The notes beneath the pieces were generated by a model that saw nothing but the letters and a program-made list of their open reading frames with translations, had not been told where the DNA came from and made no database searches. The position numbers were made by a program, and so were the translations under genes. A DNA stretch of 64,000 nucleotides from Eledone cirrhosa (lineage: Eukaryota), in NCBI GenBank assembly GCA_964016885.1, contig OZ024746.1, forward strand, positions 61,442,001 to 61,506,000, written 5' to 3'. Below are positions 55,611 to 64,000 of this stretch, in pieces; position 1 is the stretch's first letter; the number at the start of each line of letters is the position of its first letter.

Positions 55611-56436
55611 GTATATAATGGTGCCAACCAGTTCCACGTTGGAAATGTAGTTGGGATTAGGAAGGGCATCCAGCTGGAAAATCCCCAGCCAAATTTACAG
55701 TCCTCGTCAGAGCAAGGGATGGTGTGGACATTTCTGGCTAGACTTGTCTCCTGACGGGGACAGCCCATCTAACCCATGCAAGCATGGAAAAATGGACGCT
55801 AAATGGTGGTGATGATGATGATGATATATGCATACTAATTTCGTTATTTCGTTAAACACTTTAATTTGTTGTATTTGAAGAAGTATTGAAATCATATTTG
55901 TGAGAAGTAGTGTATTTTATATTTTCAAATAGCAATTCCTTTCTTCCTAGCCTTATGTGCTTGCGCATGCACACACACACACACACACGCACGCACACAC
56001 AAAAGCATATATACACACAAACAAGCACATACATATGGTTATGAGTTCAAACCTGACTACCACAGTTGTTATTGTGTAATGTTTCTGACGTACATACATA
56101 ACTGCACTTGCACCAGTCTACTTCATTGCCAACAGGTTCCATTCCTGTCTCACAGTTGAATGGTTTAGTGGTTGCAAGTGTGCAATCATCTGGAAATATT
56201 TCCAACAATATGCAAATGTACTAATTTGAAAAAAAAAAATAAAATAAAATAAAATAAATAAAGAGAAAATAAAATAAAAAATATTGCAACCATATAGCAA
56301 TGTAATGTAAATGGAGAGAGAGATGGAGGTTTGTGGGAGGGGTGTGAATTAAATGTTATGTGTCTGTAAACAACAATTTGAAAGTGAAAAATAACAATGA
56401 GTCCACTGATGGGAATCTAATGTGTATATATATGTG

Positions 56437-56469
<33 letters not shown>

Positions 56470-56520
56470 CTGTGTGTATGAACAGATATAATTACGTATA
56501 TAAATGTAGGTTTGTGACTG

Positions 56521-56640
<120 letters not shown>

Positions 56641-56904
56641 CATGCATATATATATACACACACAGATACAGGGTATCTAATAAATAAGGTAGCATTTAAA
56701 CATTTTTTATAAACATGGTATGCATATGAGAGAACACACATACATACATACACTCACTCACACACACTCTCACAAGCACACTCACATGCTCACTCACACT
56801 GCAGTTAAGAGAACCAACTAGAAAATAGCTTCAAGTAGAGAAAGTTACTTGTATAGAAACAAAAAGAAAATTACAATAATAATAATGATAATAATAATAA
56901 TAAT

Positions 56905-57405
56905 AATAATTGATCCTGATTTAGGTACAAGGCCATCAGTTTGAAGGGAAGGAGGGGGTAGTCGATTAAATCAACCCAGTGCATTTCTGGTACTTTATTT
57001 TATCAACCCTGTAAGGATGAAAGGCAAAGTTAACCTTATCCTTGGTGGGATTTGAACTCAGAATGTAAAGGGCCGTAACTATATGCCACAAAGCATGTTG
57101 ACCAACGCTCTACCGATACTACCAATCCAATGATAATAATTGTTTCTACTTTTTGGCACAAGGCCAGCAATTACCCAGTGCCTTACTGGTACTTTATTTT
57201 ATCGGCCCCGTAAGAATGAAAGGCAAAGTTGATAATAATGATTTCTACTATAAGCACAAGGCCAGCAATTATCCCAGTACATTACTGGTACTTTATTTTA
57301 TCGACCCCGTAAGGATGAAAGGCAAAGTTAACCTCGGTGGGATTTGAACTCGGGTCGTAAGGGGACGTAACTATGCTGGAAAGCATGTCCGACCCTCTAC
57401 CGATA
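56905..57405 (-). mobile_element. Cluster of three SINE family A copies
   Basis: Copies at ~56905-57130, 57137-57232 and 57240-57405. Confidence 0.88.
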
Positions 57406-57960
57406 ATGATTTCTTTATTAACCACAAATGAATACATGAATAAATTTAAAAATAAACCCACCCATCTACATTTAGTTTATGATTATCCAATTTTTGACAA
57501 ATGCTCGTTAGAAGAAGATCAGTTGCAAGGGTAGGATTTTTAAGGTTTTCTTTCTTTTTTTTTGGGGGGGGGGGGTGTTTTGATAATCTAGCATGTCCAT
57601 TCTTATCCAAAAGACTCCCCCTTCTCCCCTGCCTTCTCAACCTCCTCTGCTGCTGCCAGTCTTACTCCCTCACCAACACCCACCTGCTCCCACTCACTTC
57701 TCCATTCCTCTATTCCGATACTTTTTCATCGGTCCATTTTCTGCTGCTGCTGGCGTCTGTGCTTATTGTTTGTTAGGAGGGAAGAAGCATTAAAAAAAGA
57801 AGAAAAAAAAAGAAAAAAATGAAATGAATCAACAATATTGGATGGTGTCATGTTTCACACACCAGTCTGTTGTATAGCGTTGCTTGCCTGGAGATTGCAC
57901 CTTGTTGCAATGCAATCGGTGAAAGTTTGCTTGTTATTTTATTTTATTTGTTTATTTATT

Positions 57961-57992
<32 letters not shown>

Positions 57993-58257
57993 GTGAACAA
58001 AATGGCACCAGCTGCTATATTTATTGCTGGGGAAATATTGGTGATGGTGCAGGTGGTGTTGGTGGTGATGTTTGTTTTAGTGATGGTGCTGATATTGGTG
58101 GTTGGTGGTGTGTGTATGTGTCTATGTGTGTGTGTGTGTGTGTATGTGTGCATGGCATGTTTAATTTCCTTATGTTGAAAATCTATTTTCCTGTAAAATC
58201 ATTATCATTAACCCCCCCCCCCCCCCAATCATCACCAACCACCATCAACATAAATGT

Positions 58258-58388
58258 TCTCTCTTTTTTTCTTCACCTTTCTCTCTTTTTTTTTCTTCAC
58301 CTTTCTCTCTTTTTTTTTCTTCACCTTTCTCTCTTTTTTTTTCTTCACCTTTCTCTCTTTTTTTTTCTTCACCTTTCTCTCTTTTCTT
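58258..58388. repeat. Pyrimidine minisatellite cttcacctttctctc(t)n
   Basis: Five ~24-bp units. Confidence 0.9.
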
Positions 58389-59734
58389 CCCTTATTTTCC
58401 ATAATCTCTCCAATTTGTCTTTGCTTCTTCTGTATGTGTGTGTGTGAGTGTGTGTATTTCTCTGTGTGTGTATTTCTATGTGTGTGAGTGTGTGTATTTC
58501 TGTGTGAGTGTGTATTTGTGTATATTTCTGTGTGTATTTGTGTATATTTCTGTGTGTGTGTGAGTGTGTATTTGTGTGTGTGTGTGTGGTGTGTGTGATT
58601 CTTCTTTCTCTCTTTCTCAGTTCCTTTCTCTTCTTTTAATTTTGTTTACTTCTCTCTCTCTCTCCTCCCTCAACCTCCCTCTCTCTCTACATCTCTTTAT
58701 CTCTCCCTCTCCCTTTCTCTTTTGATGGCTTTCCAGTTAAATGTCTTACTCTCTTTCACTTTTTTCTCTATAATTTTCTCTCACACCTCCTTTTTGTGGC
58801 CCCTTCTCTCTCTCCCCCCATCTCTCTCTCTCTCTTTCACACATATTTGTTTTTTTTCTTCATTTCCAATTTCTTTTCTTTTTCTCCATTCATTTAATTT
58901 CTTCATTCTCTTCTGTCTGTCTTTCTCCCCAATTCATTTTCATTGATCTCCTTCTCCACCCCCACCCCACCACCACCACCACCATCTTCAGTATTTTCAC
59001 TAGACTTCCCTGTGTCCTTCTCCTCTTCCTTCCCCTCCTCGAGTTATGGTGAATATCAAATGTTACTCCATGTTTTATCATTTAAAATGTAGTACTCTGT
59101 GTAGACAAGAGTTATTGACTCTTGTTATTATCCCACTTCTTTATCATCGTCTGGTCTAAAGATATAATATATGGCAGAACTATACTCAACCTTCCCACTC
59201 TGTACAATCCTTCAGTCAGAGCTTTTTCCAAGCAAACATTTATATTTTATTCAGCTTGCTACTTGTTTCATTCTAATTTCATTATAATTTCTTCTTTTTC
59301 GTTTCCTCCTCTCCTTCTCCTCTCTAAAATAACTTCTCAATGAAGTCAGACATGAAAATCTATATAAAGGTAAAATCATCAAGCCATTAGCTGTGAATGT
59401 TTGTTGAGCAGAGCTGTATTCCAGTATATATTAAAGTGTAAAGTGTAACTCTATTGAACTGTGTGTTCCTCACTGTCTATGTAAGTGGTACTTCTGTTTA
59501 TTGAAACCAACTGCAGCATATATATTATCGCAAGAGAGTCAGATGCAACAGATGGTTTCATATGTATGCTGGTGGGTGCAGCTAGCAATCTTTGTAGAGC
59601 ACACTTAATATTATTGCTCAGCTATGGAGTACACATATATTATTATTGCTCAGTTATGGAGCACATATATATGTATATATTTGGTTTATTTGTCAAGAAG
59701 GTCATAATGTCTCTCATCTAAATATTGTGTACAG

Positions 59735-59940
59735 CAGTCATTCTTAACCTTTTTTGCTCTATGCTCCCACCACGAGATAAAAAAAAAATGATCCCCCCCC
59801 CCTCCCCCCTCAAGATAAAACCATACTTCGTATTAAAGATATATAATGTAAAATTTCTAAAAATGCCCTTCCCCCTTAGAGAAAATATACAAATTTAAAT
59901 CCGTTTGTGGGGGGCTTGTACCCCATATTAAGAATCACTG
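59735..59940. mobile_element. hAT-type MITE
   Basis: cagtcattcttaa ... ttaagaatcactg TIR. Confidence 0.7.
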
Positions 59941-62394
59941 GTCTAGTGTTTTGGGGTACTACAATGGTAGATTAATTGAATATGTAGTAGTTCCACTGTT
60001 GGTACAGTTCACCTGTATTTAGAAAGATGCAGTGCAGCTTTATGTCAGTGCAGCTAGTGTTGCTATTTGTATGTGTGTATGAAAGAAAGAAAGAAAGAGG
60101 GCTAATGAAAGGTGAATTGATTCTATGTGACACTGTATGCTTGACCTTCAGAATAAGATTCTGTTCATTTGTTCAATATTTTTAGAAGTAGCTTAGCTTT
60201 AAGATAAGTATAAATTTTTCAAATGTTAGTTGTACTTTTACTTTACTGGGCCCTCATGAAAACTCCTTACTGGTTTGGTCATTTTAAGGCATATTAGCCA
60301 ATGTTTGCTGAAGAGATCATTGCATTGGTTTCAACTGGCAGTGTTTGTAGTGATGTTGATTGTGGTAGTGCTGTTTGTAATGATGATGTTGTTGGTGGTG
60401 TTGTTTGTAGTGGTGTTGTTGGTGGTGTTGTTTGTAGTAGTGGTGGTGAGGTGAGGTAATAGAAGTTTGAATATTAAAGCTAAAGTGACCAAGGTTTCTT
60501 AAGTAAAAAACTCTACCTCTTCCTGCCAAAACAATTATTTGAGAAATTATACATAGCTTATATTTACACAACTCTTCCCACCTGGTGTCAGGTGTGTGCA
60601 CGTTCACATGTGCTGTAATGTAAAAGGTTAAATGTTGTTAATTAACGCCTTGAAGAATATCAGCTTACTGAGTTGCTTAAAGTCAGGTTCCTCAAACAAT
60701 AGGGAAGCCTAAACAAGAAATACAAACAAGACTAAGAAAAAAATTCAAGGAAAAGAATGATGAGTGATAGTGGGAGAAGAGAAAAAAAGGAAATGTATGT
60801 ATATTTTGACTAGAACCAGTGTATAATCTTGTATATTTTTCCATCACTACTTTTACAAGTACAAGGCAGGCTATACTTTGCTGATAAGGTCATAATATGA
60901 CCAAAAATATGTCCAGGGTTGTCTCCCATGTGAGCTAACCAACAAGCATTTTGAAGGCCATTTTCCCCCACAAAAGCAATGTTAGCCTTACAGGCTCCAT
61001 GACATGGGGATCCTCTTTCTTTTTTGAGGCAATGTTTTACAGTCAGATGCCCTTCCTGGCACTAACCCTTTTAGTCGCTTCATTAACTAATATTAGCCAA
61101 TGTCTGACATTTCTCTTTTTCCTCCTCCTCATCATCATCATTGTTTAACGTCCATCTTCCACGCTAGCATTTCTAGTATTTTATGTTCTTTGTCATAATA
61201 TGACTTCTTCATTAAAAATTATGTCGCAAAAAAATAACAGCAGCAAAAATATCTTTATTTATCACAAACAATAATTATTTAATATTCAAAAGTAGTTTGA
61301 TCTGTGTTCAGAAATAATTTTGTTTGTTACTTTCTTAACTCCAAACTATTTTGACTTTTTTTCTTTCTGTTTATGATCTGTTACCTAGACCAATTGAAAA
61401 CAGATATTATTAAAGGGTTATTTTCTTTTGTGTCATATCTTTAAATAAATGTCAGGAAAAAAATCTTCATTTTGTGTCTGCACATGTACAAAAACAATTA
61501 TTTTCAGCATCTGTTTTGTCTTTTGATCTGTTTATTATTATTTTTTTTTTCAATCACAAAAATTGTTTTGTGTATAGGAATATATTGTAGATATAATGAT
61601 AGTTAATCTGAGTATCTATCTTTTTCACTAGAGATATAATTAAATAACTTCAATTGCAATAAAACACTCATTGCATTCAAAAAGATAAGGAAAAAACAAA
61701 CAGTTTATCATTTGTGTTGTTATTTTGTTGGAAGTTACAAAGAAATTGTTTATCAATTATCAATGTTTATGCTTAAAAATAATATTAAAAAGACTATTGT
61801 CAGATTGTTCCTCTAAAGACAGACAATGCTAGTAAGTCTTTTGTTTATATAAGTTTTGAATGTCTTTTCAGTTCAAAATCATTATCAACTACATCAATAT
61901 TGTATGATCATTCTATACAACAAACTGATTAGGATTATATTGAGTGATGGACACACTATTTTCTTTGAAACTAACATCCATACATATTTAGGCAATGGGT
62001 AGACTCTTCTTTACTCCATTGGTGTGTTGGTTCATCTTAATTACTCTGTCTATCATATACATTAACAGTATCTCTATTACTCTTGGCATTGTCTGAAGTA
62101 ATTGTTATTGTAGTTTCACAAAGATGCTTCAACCACGGCCATCCCCTCTTTTTCTCAAACATGGTACAACATTGTAGTGTGTCTTTAGAATAATTAAGTT
62201 GTGATTTGATGGAAATTTGGCTTTTATTTCTAGCAGGTTCAGTGACGATGAAGCAGCTTCCTAGTAAGCTCACCTGAAGTATTTATTATACTATTCAGAG
62301 AAGGAAACGTGTGCAAATAATTAAAATTTACTATCAATTCAGAAACTGTCATTACATTCTGTGCTCCAATCTCACTAAGATTGTTACCTAGGTA

Positions 62395-62900
62395 TGTAGA
62401 TTCATGTCAAGATCTGTGTAGTAGTCACCACATGTTCAGATCTATGTAATAGTCCCCACATGTCAAGATCTGTTGTAGTCACCAGATGTCAAGATCTGTG
62501 TAACAGTTACCAAATGTCAAAATCTGTGTACTAGTCCCCACATGTCAAGATCTATGTAATAGTCACTAGATGTCAAGATATGTGTTGTAGTCATCAAATG
62601 TCAAGATCTGTGTAACAGTTGCCACATGTCAAGATCTGTGTAACAGTTGCCACATGTCAAGATCTGTGTAACAATCTTTACATGTCAAGATCTGTGTAGT
62701 AGTCACCAGATGTCAAGATCTGTGTTGTAGTCACCACATGTCAAGATCTGTGGAGTAGTCACCTCATGTCAAGATCTGTGGAGTAGTCACCACATGTCAA
62801 TATCTTTGTAGTAGTCACCACATGTCAAGATCTGTGTAGTAATTACTACATGTCAAGATCTGTAACAATCACCACATGTGTAGTAGTCACCACAGAGATC
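62395..62900. repeat. Tandem ~28-bp minisatellite, about 17 copies
   Basis: catgtcaagatctgtgtagtagtcacca repeated head to tail. Confidence 0.95.
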
Positions 62901-64000
62901 TAGAACTCTGTATTTATAGTTTGTATTAATCTTTTTTTTATATTGTGTACATATTGGGTAATTTCGATATGGTTGAGTTTATTAAAACTACAAATGTAAT
63001 AACAAAAAACTATTTAAATTAACCAAGGTGATGGTGATGGTTTTCAAGTTATTTACTTTTTGGTGGTATTGGTAAATAATTCATGATAAGTAGGTTAAAA
63101 TAATAGTTGGTGTTTTGTAGTTACAATAATTTTCCATGATAATTGGGTTAAAATAATATAATTTGTTGGAGTATATGGAATTTGACAGACATTTTCAAAT
63201 CCGAAAGAATTTCAAAAGTTGTAGAATTATTTGTCGGGAAAATTTTAGTAAATCTGAGACAAACGAGTAAGACTTAAGATAAGCAAACGAAAACCAGAAT
63301 CTAAGGAAAGTGATGTGCTGACATTTCAAGGAAACCTTTTCTTTCGAGAGAAAGCTTGTTTTTTTAAGAACCTGTGCTATCATAAAGATTCAAGGCTAAG
63401 CCACAGTGATCAATAGTCTAGTATTTCTGTCCCAATTATTTGTCACAATTTACATTAAACATCAATAGCAAAAACACCATTTGGCCATGACAGATCTTAT
63501 ATCAAGACACATTTAACAGTGCTATGGACATTCTTCCTTGTCTTCTTTGTCTCTAATCGTTTTTGATTTATTTTTCAACTTATTTCTTTGTTTTTTTTTC
63601 TGCTTTCCTTCTTCATTTTCTTTGTTTTTCTTCATTTTACATATATATTCGATTTTATATACTTCACAGAATTACTCACACACACCCACACGCTCACACT
63701 AATTCCCGTAGTCAGCATTTTTCCTGCTAAAAAAACAAAAGTCGTGATTTATCTAGTAAAAATTGCTCTTGGTTTGAAATCTGTATTATAATAACTACAT
63801 TTTTTTTATTCGTCTGTCACACAAACACTATAATCTGTCAAAAAATTTCCCACACTTTTTGGTGAAATATTATTAAAAGTAAAACAAGAAAGGTGGAAGC
63901 AAAAATGGTTTCCTTCTGGTCAGATATTGTCATATCAGGCCTAAGTGCTATCTTTCTCTCTCTGTCTTTTTCTCTTTTTTCTTTATCTGCGAGTGTGTAT

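Noticed and set aside
62395-62900. CRISPR-like ~28-bp repeat array
   Set aside because: Units are head to tail with no unique spacers, there are no cas genes, and the context is eukaryotic.
63195-63390. Possible coding exon
   Set aside because: Short frames with stops, no recognisable motif or convincing splice pair.

Overview
Eukaryotic, very AT-rich, repeat-dominated DNA with no recognisable host protein-coding gene. The mix of (TA)n/(CA)n microsatellites, tRNA-headed SINEs with RTE-type tails and TTAA-flanked MITEs resembles an octopus (coleoid cephalopod) genome; this is an inference from repeat families recognised by eye. The only real protein-coding remnants are transposon-derived: a young 5'-truncated RTE LINE with a stop-free RT ORF (12773-14400, -), two decayed RTE copies, a CR1/L2-group LINE 3' fragment inside a (TA)n array (48055-48926), a pogo DDE remnant and a hAT transposase remnant. 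Almost all other ORFs in the track are microsatellite artefacts. The most striking hidden signal is a dense set of type I hammerhead ribozyme motifs from about six unrelated families. They lie in short non-coding elements in or beside (TA)n arrays, several as near-perfect DNA palindromes, which is the signature of Penelope-like element termini. One family has a compensated U3-A8 core. A separate inverted-repeat element has the same architecture but carries a tRNA-like cloverleaf instead of a ribozyme. All folds were done by hand and no database searches were run.
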